Shown: positions 7,017 to 16,683 of the stretch, piece by piece
How positions within the stretch are numbered: position 1 is the stretch's first letter
Layout of the letters: each line of letters starts with the position of its first letter
Source: Thermoproteota archaeon
Lineage (GTDB): Archaea; Korarchaeota; Korarchaeia; Korarchaeales; Korarchaeaceae
Assembly: GCA_037917625.1 (NCBI GenBank)
Contig: JAVCBY010000061.1
Coordinates: 1 to 29,254, forward strand
Length of the DNA: 29,254 nucleotides
Direction of reading: 5' to 3'
The notes under the pieces: model-generated
What the model was told of the DNA's origin: nothing
What the model saw: only the letters and a program-made list of their open reading frames with translations
The model's database searches: none
Program-made: the position numbers and the translations under genes

Positions 7017-9647
7017 ATGAGGGTAACTAAGGTAGTCAAAAGGGATGGTAGAATCGTTGAATTCGATTCCTTCAGGATTAGGAGAGCAATTGAGATGGCT
7101 ATGCGTGAAGTCGGAAAGTTCGATGAGGCAACTCTCGAGAAAGTCGTCAAATATGTCCTAGATGTCATAGATAGGACTTTCAGCGATGAGAGACCTCCGC
7201 ATGTGGAGGAGATCCAGGATATAGTAGAGCTCGCCTTGATGAAATACGATCTATTCGAGGTAGCTAAAGCTTACATAGTCTACAGGAAGGAGAGGGAGAA
7301 GATAAGGAAGGAAAAGATGGCAATTCTAGGGAAGGATTACGTAGATGATGTGGATAAGAGGCTTTCCCTTAATGCTGTGAGGCTTTTAGCTACTAGATAT
7401 CTCCAGAAGGGACCTGACGGAAGGTTCCTTGAGGATCCAAAGGGGTTATTCATAAGGGTAGCTTCCTTAGTCGTCATACCAGATATCCTATACGACCCAC
7501 TCATCTTCGATAAGGAGGGCAAACAGGAGGTCCATCCAAGTGAGCATTTCAATCCTGAGGAGTGGGCTGGGAAGTTAGGGCTAGGAGGAGGGGATCCTGA
7601 GAATCATTTAGCGCCTCCCTTCGTTTGGAACGCTCATCACTTAGAGAGGATGAAAGCGCTATACGATGAGCTCAACTCCCAAGGTAAGATGAGAGTTAGT
7701 TGGTCTGAATTCCTTGAGATGCTGAGAGATGGGAGATTCGATCATCACTACAAGGACTTCTTAGATTATTACAGGCTCATGGTGGATCTCAAGTTCCTAC
7801 CGAACTCACCTACTCTATTCAACGCCGGAACTATGCTCGGACAACTCTCAGCATGCTTCGTCCTTCCAATAGAGGACTCCCTAGAGTCAATAATGAGGTC
7901 CGCAACTGAAGCGGCTATGATATTCAAATCTGGAGGAGGAGTCGGGATAAACTACTCGAAGCTCAGGCCTCAGGGGGATATAGTTAGATCTACGGGAGGT
8001 CAAGCATCTGGACCGGTCAGCTTCATGAGGATAATAGATGTGATAACTGATGTCGTGAAGCAGGGAGGGAGGAGGAGAGGGGCTAACATGGGGATACTTG
8101 AGATATGGCATCCGGACATAATTAAGTTCATAGAGGCTAAGGCCAAGCCGGGGAACCTCGAGAACTTCAACATATCTGTAATGATAACGGAGGACTTCTG
8201 GAAGTACTATGAGGAGGGGAAAGATTACCCGTTGATAAACCCCAGGAACGGTGAGGTTTGGGGCACTATAGATCCTAGGGAGGTCTTCAGGAAGATAGCT
8301 GAGATGGCATGGAGGACTGGAGATCCCGGAGTCCTGTTCGCCGATAATATAAATAGGAGGAATATATTGAAGGAGCACCTAGGGGAAATAAAGTCTACGA
8401 ACCCTTGCGGAGAGGAGCCCCTCTATCCTTATGAGTCGTGCAACTTGGGGAGCATGAACCTATACGCTTACGTAAGGAGGGAGAATGGTTTAGTTACTTT
8501 CGACTGGGATGAATACTCCAAAGATATTAGGAAGGCCTTACGCTTCTTAGATAACATAATCGACGTCAATAAGTTCCCCATACCTGAGATCGAGAAGATG
8601 ACTAAGAAGACCAGGAAGGTGGGCCTCGGATTGATGGGCCTCGCAGATACCCTATTCGCATTGGGAATTCCATACAATAGTGAGGAGGGTTTCAGCTTCA
8701 TGAGGAAAGCTGCTGAGTAACTCACATACTTCGCTATGTTGGAGAGCGTGGATAGAGCTAAGGAGAGGGGGAGCTTCCCACTCTTCTCGAAATCTGGTTA
8801 TGTGAGGGGAGAGATGCCAATCGAGGGATTCTACCACCCAGAGATATGGAACCTAGATTGGGATTTCTTGAGGGAGCAGATAATGGTGAACGGTATAAGG
8901 AACGCTGAAGTAACTACTATAGCTCCAACAGGCTCAATTTCAATGATAGCTGAAGTATCCTCAGGGATAGAGCCTCAATTTGCTCTAGTGTTTGAGAAGA
9001 GGGTGACAGTAGGCTCCTTCTTCTACTTGGATGCGGAATTCGAGAGACAGCTCAAGGAAAATGGTCTATACAGTGAGAAGATCTTGAGGGATATAGCTGA
9101 GAACGGGGGATCGATATATGGGATAGAGGCCCCAGAGGGTAAGGAAGATGTGATAGAGAGGATGAAGAGTATCTTCCTAGTCGCTTACGATATCCCCTGG
9201 TGGGATCACATAAGGGCTGAGGCTGAGATATCGAGATGGATATGCGCAGCCGTGAGTAAGACGATAAACATGCCAAACTGGGTCTCCGTATCTGATATAG
9301 AGAAGGCGTATCTCTTCGCTCACAGGCTGGGATTGAAGGGGATAACTGTCTACAGGGATGGCTCTAAATCGGCTCAAGTACTGATAACCCCTGCGCAGAG
9401 GAGAGGGGAGTATGCGAGCTTTATAGAGAATGAGACGCTCAAGATGATGAATTCCCTTGGAATAGAACTTCCTCAGCTAAGAAGGGCTAAAGTTGAGGAG
9501 AAGCCACAGGCTCAACCTGTCTTCAAGCCCCCAACGCAGCCCAATCATGTTGAGACATGTCCAGAGTGCGGTAGCACTAGGCTCATTTATAAGGAGGATT
9601 GTGTCACCTGCCTGGACTGCGGTTGGTCAGCTTGCGTGGTGACTTAG
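7017..9647 (+). pseudogene. nrdJ: Class II (adenosylcobalamin-dependent) ribonucleotide reductase with N-terminal ATP cone, interrupted by one in-frame TAA at 8718-8720 (nonsense mutation, sequencing error, split gene or readthrough)
   Basis: VVKRDGR ATP cone, PNSPTLFN, QLSACFV, GGGVG, RRGANM, TNPCGE, TIAPTGSIS, SKTIN, LKGITVYRDGS, C-terminal CPECG...C.DCG. ORFs 6960-8720 and 8736-9647 are in the same frame: KAAE*LTYFAMLESV. Confidence 0.9.
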
Positions 9648-10148
9648 ATGATCCACCTCTACACGGGCAATGGAAAGGGGAAGACGACAGCTGCCTTCGG
9701 GTTGGCCATGAGGAATGCTGGATGGGGAGGTAGAGTTTTAGTAATACAGTTCTTGAAGGGACTGCCGAGTGGTGAGGTGATCTCAGCGTCTAAATTAGGG
9801 ATAGAGGTCAGGCAGTATGGGACGGGTAAATTCATCAGGGGGCGTGTGGATGAGAAGGAATATGAGATGGCTGAAAAGGCGCTTGAGGATTCTAGAGAGG
9901 CTCTGAGATCGGGAAATTATACTTTGGTCGTGCTTGATGAGGTATGCATGGCTGTTCACTTGGAGATCATCAAGGAGGATGATGTCTTAAACATTTTGAG
10001 TGAAAGGGCCCCCTCAACTGAGGTCGTGCTGACGGGTAGATATGCACCGGAGTCCTTCTATAAGTTAGCTGATTACGTCACCGAGTTCCTGGATATCAAG
10101 AATCCATATGCTCGAGGGGTTACGGCTAGAAAAGGGATAGAATTTTAA
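9648..10148 (+). CDS. cobO: Cob(I)alamin adenosyltransferase (CobA/CobO/BtuR family)
   Basis: YTGNGKGKTTAAFG, IQFLKG, LVVLDE, EVVLTGR, ARKGIEF. Confidence 0.93.
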   Translation: MIHLYTGNGKGKTTAAFGLAMRNAGWGGRVLVIQFLKGLPSGEVISASKLGIEVRQYGTGKFIRGRVDEKEYEMAEKALEDSREALRSGNYTLVVLDEVCMAVHLEIIKEDDVLNILSERAPSTEVVLTGRYAPESFYKLADYVTEFLDIKNPYARGVTARKGIEF

Positions 10149-10330
10149 TTTTATATCCCTTAGCTATATTTAAACTTTAATTTTAATTCTAAATTTCTAT
10201 CATAAATTCTCTGTTATAACTTTTCTATAAGAATGACTGGAATATAAAATAAAATTAGCTAAGAGCCAATAACATTAATTTATTATTTCTCATTTACAAA
10301 TTTCTCTAAAAGAAAGTCGAGATACAAATA

Positions 10331-10344
10331 GGAAAGTTTTTAAC
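10331..10344 (+). promoter_or_regulatory. BRE-TATA promoter of the nuo-like operon
   Basis: GGAAAG-TTTTTAAC about 30 bp upstream of the nuoA ATG. Confidence 0.6.
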
Positions 10345-10374
10345 AATCCAGTTTCGTACCACTGGGGAAATCGC

Positions 10375-10761
10375 ATGGTGGCTATGCCTCAGGAACTACT
10401 GGTCTTGGTGACTCTCTCAATAGGCCTCACTTTGGGGATAGGATTAGGGATCATAGGCATAGTCCTCGGGAAAATTGCCTCACCCTCTAGAGATTTTCCG
10501 AAGAAGAGGGAGAGGTATGAGTGCGCAAATCCTCCTATAGGGAGGGCTAGAGGACTATTGATGATGCAATATTATCCATTCCTCCTCCTCTTCCTCACCA
10601 TAGAGCCCATAATGATATACTCATTCCTCTTCCTCTTGGAGAGCTATAAGTATCCTTTGAATACGCTCCTCCTCTTTGCAGGGATCTTGGGCTTTATGAT
10701 CCCTCCATTGATCTTCGGATTGCATTCGGCGAGGAGGTTGGAACTATGGTCTGCGCCCTAG
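10375..10761 (+). CDS. nuoA: Complex I-like subunit A
   Basis: Three TM helices, RYECAN.P, QYYPF.LLFL..E. Confidence 0.9.
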   Translation: MVAMPQELLVLVTLSIGLTLGIGLGIIGIVLGKIASPSRDFPKKRERYECANPPIGRARGLLMMQYYPFLLLFLTIEPIMIYSFLFLLESYKYPLNTLLLFAGILGFMIPPLIFGLHSARRLELWSAP

Positions 10762-11270
10762 AGGGTACAATCCTCATCGGTAACTTAGAGAGATCGGCCA
10801 GGAAGGCTGCGGCCTGGCTCGTCAATAAGAGGCCTATAAGGGATCTCAGGGATTGGGGAATATCTTTCTCACTCTGGCCCGTTCATTTCACGACGGCATG
10901 TTGCGGAGCTGAGTTCGCAGCTTCAGCAGCACCTAAATATGATGCTGAGAGGTTGGGATTCCTGCCATTCATAGGGATAAGGCAGTGTAACCTCCTATTC
11001 ATCGAGGGTACTCTGAGCAAGAAGATGGCTGAAGCTGCGATATGGATATATGAGCAGATGCCCGAGCCTAAGTTCGTCATCGGGATGGGGGCATGTGCGA
11101 TAGGTGGGGGGATATTCTGGAATAGCTATAATATAGTGAGGCCCATGGACATCCTACCGGTCAACGTTTTCATACCTGGATGCCCGCCTAGGCCCGAGGC
11201 CGTCGCTCAAGCGATAATAATGCTCCAGAGGAAGATAAGGAAAGGGGAGTTGGTGAAGTATGAAGATTGA
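10746..11270 (+). CDS. nuoB: Complex I-like subunit B (4Fe-4S N2)
   Basis: SLWP..TACCGAEF, YEQMPEPKFVIGMGACA, IPGCPPRPEA. Confidence 0.95.
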   Translation: MVCALEGTILIGNLERSARKAAAWLVNKRPIRDLRDWGISFSLWPVHFTTACCGAEFAASAAPKYDAERLGFLPFIGIRQCNLLFIEGTLSKKMAEAAIWIYEQMPEPKFVIGMGACAIGGGIFWNSYNIVRPMDILPVNVFIPGCPPRPEAVAQAIIMLQRKIRKGELVKYED

Positions 11271-11733
11271 GGATCTGAAAGACATGATTGAGGAGAACCT
11301 CAGGGGGATTGATGTTGAAATAACTGCTAGAGAGCCTAATGTAATTGATGTGAAAGTCAGCAGAGATAAAATTATTGAAGTAGCTGAGAGGCTCAAGAGG
11401 AAGGGATTCGATCATGTTAAATCAGTAACAGCCGTAGATTACCCAGGGGAGAGGTTCGAGGTCATTTACATAGTATCTTCATATGAATCGCCTCTCTCAT
11501 ATTTCCTAGTGAGCCTCAGGACTTCCCTTCCATATGATGATCCGAGGATGAGCTCCCTCCTAAGTGTTTGGCCTAGCGTCTTATATCAGGAGCATGAGGA
11601 ACATGATCTGATGGGCATAGAGTTCGAGGGGAACCCTAGGATGGGGGAGAGACTCCTCCTACCCGAGAGTTACGAGGGGATACCCCCGCTGAGGAAGGAG
11701 TTCAAAGTCAAGGTGGAGGGGATAGATGCATGA
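11260..11733 (+). CDS. nuoC: Complex I-like subunit C
   Basis: SVTAVDY, FEVIY, EHEEHDLMGIEFEGNP, PPLRKEF. Confidence 0.92.
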   Translation: MKIEDLKDMIEENLRGIDVEITAREPNVIDVKVSRDKIIEVAERLKRKGFDHVKSVTAVDYPGERFEVIYIVSSYESPLSYFLVSLRTSLPYDDPRMSSLLSVWPSVLYQEHEEHDLMGIEFEGNPRMGERLLLPESYEGIPPLRKEFKVKVEGIDA

Positions 11734-12899
11734 GCTTAGAGGAGAGGACTCTCGAACTCTTGATAGGCCCCCAGCATCCAGCCTCGGGGCATATGAGGCT
11801 CGTAGCTAAGATAGATGGCGATATAGTGGTTGAGCTGAGGCCTAACATAGGTTACGTCCACAGATCGGTTGAGAAGTTAGCTGAGGTCAAGAAGTTCCTC
11901 CAAATAATTCCTCTAGTTGAGAGGCCCTCTCTAGCAGACACTACTGCTAATAACTTAGCTTACGTAATGGCATTGGAGAAGCTCCTCGGTATAGAGCCTC
12001 CAGAGAGAGCTAAGTACTTGAGGACGCTACTAGCTGAGATAAATAGGATCCATAGCCATCTTTATGGTTTAGGAATTCACGGCATAATGATAGGATCCTC
12101 AACAGCTTATATGTGGTGCTTCGGGGACAGGGAGCCATTCTTAGAGTTAGCTCAGGAGTTGACTGGAGCTAGATTGACTTACTCATATATAATACCCGGT
12201 GGAGTGAGGAGGGATCTGCCGAAGGGGTTCGCTGAGAGAGCTGAGAAGGCACTCAAGTACTTAGAAGGTAGGATGAAGGATTACTTCGATATATACTTCA
12301 ACAACCCCGTCGTCAGGGCGAGGCTAGAGGGCGTGGGTGTACTGAGCAAGGAGGATGCGATAAAACTCGGGGTGACAGGTCCCAATCTGAGGGCTAGCGG
12401 AGTTGCTTACGATGTCAGGAGGGCTGAGCCTTACGCAGCCTATCCTTATCTAGATTTCGATGTCATCACGGAGGAGGAAGGGGATTGCTATGCTAGAGTG
12501 ATGGTGAGGGTCAGGGAGACGATGGAGAGCATCAGGATAATAAGGCAAGTACTCAAGGAGATACCTGAGGGACCAATTCTACATGAAAGCTATGAAAAAT
12601 TGATACCACCTAAGCTGAGGGAGGAGATGAAGCGGAGAGGTGTAGTTAAGTTCCCCTCCGTGTTCGCGAACTTGAGGGTCCCGGCTGGGGAAGCCGTATC
12701 TAGAGTTGAAGGTGGGAGAGGGGAAGTCGTCTTCCACGTGATAAGCGATGGGAAGCTCAGCCCATACAGGATGAGGATGGTCACCCCCTCATTCAGGAAT
12801 GTTATATTATTCGAGCATTTAACGAGGGGAGCGAGAGTAGCTGATATTCCCGCGATTTACGGTAGCTTGGATTACTTCCCTCCGGAGGCTGATAGGTGA
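11730..12899 (+). CDS. nuoD: Complex I-like subunit D (no NiFe-binding CxxC motifs)
   Basis: GPQHP, GYVHRSVEKLAE, EINRIHSH, LTGARL, GVTGPNLRASG, PYRMR..TPSF, C-terminal PPEADR. Confidence 0.93.
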   Translation: MSLEERTLELLIGPQHPASGHMRLVAKIDGDIVVELRPNIGYVHRSVEKLAEVKKFLQIIPLVERPSLADTTANNLAYVMALEKLLGIEPPERAKYLRTLLAEINRIHSHLYGLGIHGIMIGSSTAYMWCFGDREPFLELAQELTGARLTYSYIIPGGVRRDLPKGFAERAEKALKYLEGRMKDYFDIYFNNPVVRARLEGVGVLSKEDAIKLGVTGPNLRASGVAYDVRRAEPYAAYPYLDFDVITEEEGDCYARVMVRVRETMESIRIIRQVLKEIPEGPILHESYEKLIPPKLREEMKRRGVVKFPSVFANLRVPAGEAVSRVEGGRGEVVFHVISDGKLSPYRMRMVTPSFRNVILFEHLTRGARVADIPAIYGSLDYFPPEADR

Positions 12900-13900
12900 T
12901 GAACATAGTTGACCTATTATTCCAGCCATATATATTCATTCCTTTGGTTTTTCCAGGCCTTATAGCAGCTTTCGTCCTACTGCTCATAATAATATGGCTC
13001 GAGAGGAAAATAGCAGCTAAAGTGCAGCTCAGATATGGTCCGCTCTACGTACTGAAACCTTTAGGAGGAGTCATACAGACTATAGCTGACTTACTCAGGT
13101 ACCTCTTTCAGGAGCCGATAATACCTAAGGATGTGGATAAAGCAGCCTTCTTACTCACTCCAGTCTTCCTTTTCGGCTTAGCTTACCTTCCTCTAGTCAT
13201 AATACCGATCAGTCCCACGTTTTACGCCTTCAGGAGCGATCTCTCCCTCTTAATAGCTCTCGCTCTGACGACATTAGCCCCTATCTTCACTCTCATAATG
13301 GGGTGGGCCAGTAACAATAAGTTCTCCTTGATAGGGAGCGTTAGAGAGGGCTATCTAGTTACTTCATATGAGATACCGATATTCCTCTCCGCTCTCTCCA
13401 TGGCAGTACTCTATAACTCGCTAGATCTCGTGGAGATAGCCGAAGCCCAGAGGAGGACATGGGGGATCTTCCTGAATCCAGTGGCGGCAGCCAATATGTT
13501 GGTCCTGATCTACATGTCTACATCGAAGTTCCCATTCGAGATACCCGAGGCGGAGAGCGAGATAGTGGCGGGGCCGTATACTGAGTACAGCGGGATAATC
13601 TATGGATTAGTGATGGGCGCATCTTACATAAAGTTATACGTATTGAGCTTAATCTATGCGATACTCTTCCTAGGTGGTTGGAACCCATCCCCCTCTCCGG
13701 ATCCCTTCATCTCAGGGGGCGTGCTCTTCCTGAAGGCCTTCATACTAGTAGCCTTCGGAGCTTTCCTAAGGGCTGTTTACCCGAGGTTCAGGATAGATCA
13801 AGCTGTGAACATAGGGTGGAGGATAGCATTTCCTCTATCCCTCCTATCAATCCTGCTCTCATTGATACTGATACTGGGAGGTGTCAGGTTTGCAAGTTGA
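12896..13900 (+). CDS. nuoH: Complex I-like subunit H
   Basis: WLERKIAAKVQLRYGP, ASNNKFSLIG, PFEIPEAESEIVAG..TEYSG, PRFRIDQ. Confidence 0.95.
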   Translation: MMNIVDLLFQPYIFIPLVFPGLIAAFVLLLIIIWLERKIAAKVQLRYGPLYVLKPLGGVIQTIADLLRYLFQEPIIPKDVDKAAFLLTPVFLFGLAYLPLVIIPISPTFYAFRSDLSLLIALALTTLAPIFTLIMGWASNNKFSLIGSVREGYLVTSYEIPIFLSALSMAVLYNSLDLVEIAEAQRRTWGIFLNPVAAANMLVLIYMSTSKFPFEIPEAESEIVAGPYTEYSGIIYGLVMGASYIKLYVLSLIYAILFLGGWNPSPSPDPFISGGVLFLKAFILVAFGAFLRAVYPRFRIDQAVNIGWRIAFPLSLLSILLSLILILGGVRFAS

Positions 13901-14387
13901 GAGGGCGGCTAGGCACCTGAAGGCTATATTCACCGGGATGAAGTACCTCTTCCTAGGGCCGAGATTGACTATAATGTACCCTGATGAGATAGAGGAACTT
14001 CCAGAGGGTTACAGGGGGATGATAGAGTATGATTGGGATTCCTGTATAAAGTGCTCCCTCTGCGCTATGGTATGCCCGGCTGATGCCATGAAAATGTATT
14101 TATCGAAGGAGGAATCTGAGAGGGAAGGAAAGGTCGTCAAGAGACCGGGGATAAATTACACTAGATGCGTCTTCTGTGGTTTCTGCGTGGATATATGCCC
14201 AACTAACTCCTTGAGATTCACGGGAGTTCACGATGTAGCTTATTATACGTATGAGGAGCAGATATATACTCCTCAAGAGTTCAGTAAGGGGGTCCCCAAG
14301 CCAATTTACGATAGAGAGCCTAAGAAGGTTAAAGCTATACTAGATGAGAGAAGAGGGATTGTGTATGAACCTTCAGGTGGATCCTAA
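13881..14387 (+). CDS. nuoI: Complex I-like subunit I (2x4Fe-4S)
   Basis: CIKCSLCAMVCP and CVFCGFCVDICP. Confidence 0.93.
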   Translation: MSGLQVERAARHLKAIFTGMKYLFLGPRLTIMYPDEIEELPEGYRGMIEYDWDSCIKCSLCAMVCPADAMKMYLSKEESEREGKVVKRPGINYTRCVFCGFCVDICPTNSLRFTGVHDVAYYTYEEQIYTPQEFSKGVPKPIYDREPKKVKAILDERRGIVYEPSGGS

Positions 14388-14847
14388 CTTTATAATATTC
14401 CTTCTATCCTCAGCTCTAGCTCTAATATCTTCAGTGCTAATAGTATTCCATAGATCCGTAGTTTACTCGGCTTTCTTCCTCTCCATGCTCGGGATAGCGA
14501 ACTCAATACTATTCACGCTCTTGGGTTTCCCTATAATAGCCCTATTCCATCTAGTCGTTTACGTGGGTGCTGCCGTCACCTTCATACTATTCTCGCTCGT
14601 GATGATGAGGGAAGCTCCTACAATCGAGCCAGGGATAAGGGCTCTTGCAGTTGCCTCCATAGTTCTCATGATCTTAGTTCTCTCAAACATCTTCTTAGTT
14701 CCAATAGGGAGGCCCTCATTCTACTTGGAGTTCAGGGGGCTCACATCTCTCCTGATGGAGAGATACTGGTTAGCTCTCCTCATAGCAACTCTCGCATTAG
14801 TTACGACTCTCATAGAAGCGATAACTTTAGCTAGGAGGGAGGTGTGA
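14365..14847 (+). CDS. nuoJ: Complex I-like subunit J
   Basis: VYSAFFL, VVYVGAA, five TM helices; ATG 14365 follows GAGGG (ORF-track start 14344). Confidence 0.88.
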   Translation: MNLQVDPNFIIFLLSSALALISSVLIVFHRSVVYSAFFLSMLGIANSILFTLLGFPIIALFHLVVYVGAAVTFILFSLVMMREAPTIEPGIRALAVASIVLMILVLSNIFLVPIGRPSFYLEFRGLTSLLMERYWLALLIATLALVTTLIEAITLARREV

Positions 14848-15155
14848 TCATGGAAGCCTATTGGTACCTCATATTGTCAGCTATCCTCCTATCTCTCGGT
14901 ATATACGGTCTCCTGACCAAGAGGAATATGATAAGGATGCTCCTCTCAGCCGAGATAATTTTTAATGCGGCCCTCCTGTCCCTACTCTCCCTAGCCTCCC
15001 TGGATGCGAGTTACGGGCCGATAGGAGGTGCTATCGCTATAATATCGATATCCCTTTCGGCCGCGGAGGTTGGGGTCATCGTCTCGATAGCTATAATGAT
15101 GTTCAGGATGAGGGAGACCCTGGATACGTATGAGTTGAGGAGCTTCAGGGGGTAA
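14844..15155 (+). CDS. nuoK: Complex I-like subunit K
   Basis: GIYGLLTKRNMIRMLLSAEIIFN, SAAEVGV. Confidence 0.92.
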   Translation: MIMEAYWYLILSAILLSLGIYGLLTKRNMIRMLLSAEIIFNAALLSLLSLASLDASYGPIGGAIAIISISLSAAEVGVIVSIAIMMFRMRETLDTYELRSFRG

Positions 15156-15159
15156 AATC

Positions 15160-16683
15160 ATGATCCTGAATTTTCCGATATTATTCCTCTCAGTAGTTGT
15201 GCCCATTCTAGCCTCCCTGTTCCTCCCGTTTTTGAAGGGGAAGAGGGAGCTCACTATCATATCCACTGTACTGCTCTTGATACCGCTCGCAGCTGTGATA
15301 TGGCTCTCCTTCACATCAGGCTTGAGGGAACCCGTCTTAGATCCCGTAGTACTATCGAATCCCGCGCTAGGGAACTTCTCTATGCTCTTAGATCCGATAT
15401 CAGCTCCAGTAGCTCTCTCGATAGGCATAGTCACTTCGATGATATCGATCTACTCTCTCAGGTACATGGAGCACAGGTTCGAGGAGATGGAAAGAGAGGG
15501 GCAGAGGCCAGCTAGCTGGGGAATATACTTCATGTTATACGTCATGTTCTCAGCTGCTATGATGGGAACTGTCCTATCTACGAACTTAGTGGAATTCTAC
15601 CTTTTCTTAGAGGTCTCACTCCTCCCCAGCTTCCTCCTCATAGCTTTCTACGGCTACGGTAAGAGGGAGAGGATAGCCCTTCTCTACTTGATCTGGACGC
15701 ATGTAGGAGCTTTAGCATTCTTAATAGGAGTCCTTTTACTTGGGCTCGATGCTGGGACTTTCGATTTCTTCAATCCGATCAGGGGAGTAGCTAATATGGG
15801 CTTAGGTGAGCTCCTGCCTGAGGCCATGAGAATGCCAGTCTTCATAGCAATCCTAATAGGCCTTTTCGTGAAGATGGCGGTCTTTGGAGTTCATATATGG
15901 TTACCTTACGCTCATGCTGAGGCTCCCACGCCTGTTTCAGCTCTCCTTTCTCCGAACTTGATAGGGATAGCTGGTTATGCTCTAATAAGGATAGCTTACG
16001 TCCTATTCCCATCGGATTTCGCTTACCTCTCCCCCTACCTTCTAGGGCTAGCTCTACTCACGATAATCTACGGAGGCTTGATGGCGTTAGCTCAAGATGA
16101 CTTCAAGAGGTTCCTAGCTTACTCCAGCGTCTCTCAAATGGGGTACTTGCTTATGGGTATAGCTAGCGTTACCTCCGTTGGAATGGCAGGCGCCCTCCTT
16201 CACTACGCTGCTCACGCTGTGGGCAAGGCCCTCCTCTTCGCGACAGCTGGCGTTCTGATAACCCAGCTCCACGGTCTAAGGAGTATCTCTAAGATGGGAG
16301 GCCTGGAAACTAAGATGCCGATGACTGCAGCTCTAGCATTGATAGGCTTCATGCACATAACTGGGGTACCGCCGTCCTTAGGTCTGTGGAGCGAGATACT
16401 GATATTAGCTGGTGTCTCGGATCTAGCGATGAGGATAAGCCAATTCACTCTAATAGTAATGCTCCTTCTCGTGGGCATAGGATTATCTACAGCATATTCA
16501 TTCGTGACTATGAGGAGGATCTTCTTCGGTGGCGAATCAGAGGCCTCTGAGCACGCTAAGGAAGCGGGTTACGACCTCCTATTGCCCATGATTGTTATAG
16601 CTGCTATGGGCCTGTTGCTCTTCTTAGTACCTCAACTCCTGATAGATCCGATGATAAGATCCCTGAGCCATCTGCTAGGGTGA
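15160..16683 (+). CDS. nuoM: Complex I-like antiporter subunit M
   Basis: FYLFLEVSLLP, VKMAVFGVHIWLPYAHAEAPTPVSALL, AYSSVSQMGY. Confidence 0.88.
   Translation: MILNFPILFLSVVVPILASLFLPFLKGKRELTIISTVLLLIPLAAVIWLSFTSGLREPVLDPVVLSNPALGNFSMLLDPISAPVALSIGIVTSMISIYSLRYMEHRFEEMEREGQRPASWGIYFMLYVMFSAAMMGTVLSTNLVEFYLFLEVSLLPSFLLIAFYGYGKRERIALLYLIWTHVGALAFLIGVLLLGLDAGTFDFFNPIRGVANMGLGELLPEAMRMPVFIAILIGLFVKMAVFGVHIWLPYAHAEAPTPVSALLSPNLIGIAGYALIRIAYVLFPSDFAYLSPYLLGLALLTIIYGGLMALAQDDFKRFLAYSSVSQMGYLLMGIASVTSVGMAGALLHYAAHAVGKALLFATAGVLITQLHGLRSISKMGGLETKMPMTAALALIGFMHITGVPPSLGLWSEILILAGVSDLAMRISQFTLIVMLLLVGIGLSTAYSFVTMRRIFFGGESEASEHAKEAGYDLLLPMIVIAAMGLLLFLVPQLLIDPMIRSLSHLLG

Noticed and set aside
7480-7760. 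Intein in nrdJ
   Set aside because: The extra segment has no intein N-terminal Cys/Ser or C-terminal His-Asn motifs and resembles the insertion in Thermococcales-type NrdJ; the GGGVG and NPCGE sites are uninterrupted.
10345-10372. Origin recognition box next to an AT-rich unwinding element
   Set aside because: CCACTGGGGAAAT only loosely resembles an ORB, occurs once, and no cdc6/orc1 gene is in the window.
11730-12899. Group 4 NiFe-hydrogenase large subunit
   Set aside because: Both CxxC metal-binding motifs are absent.
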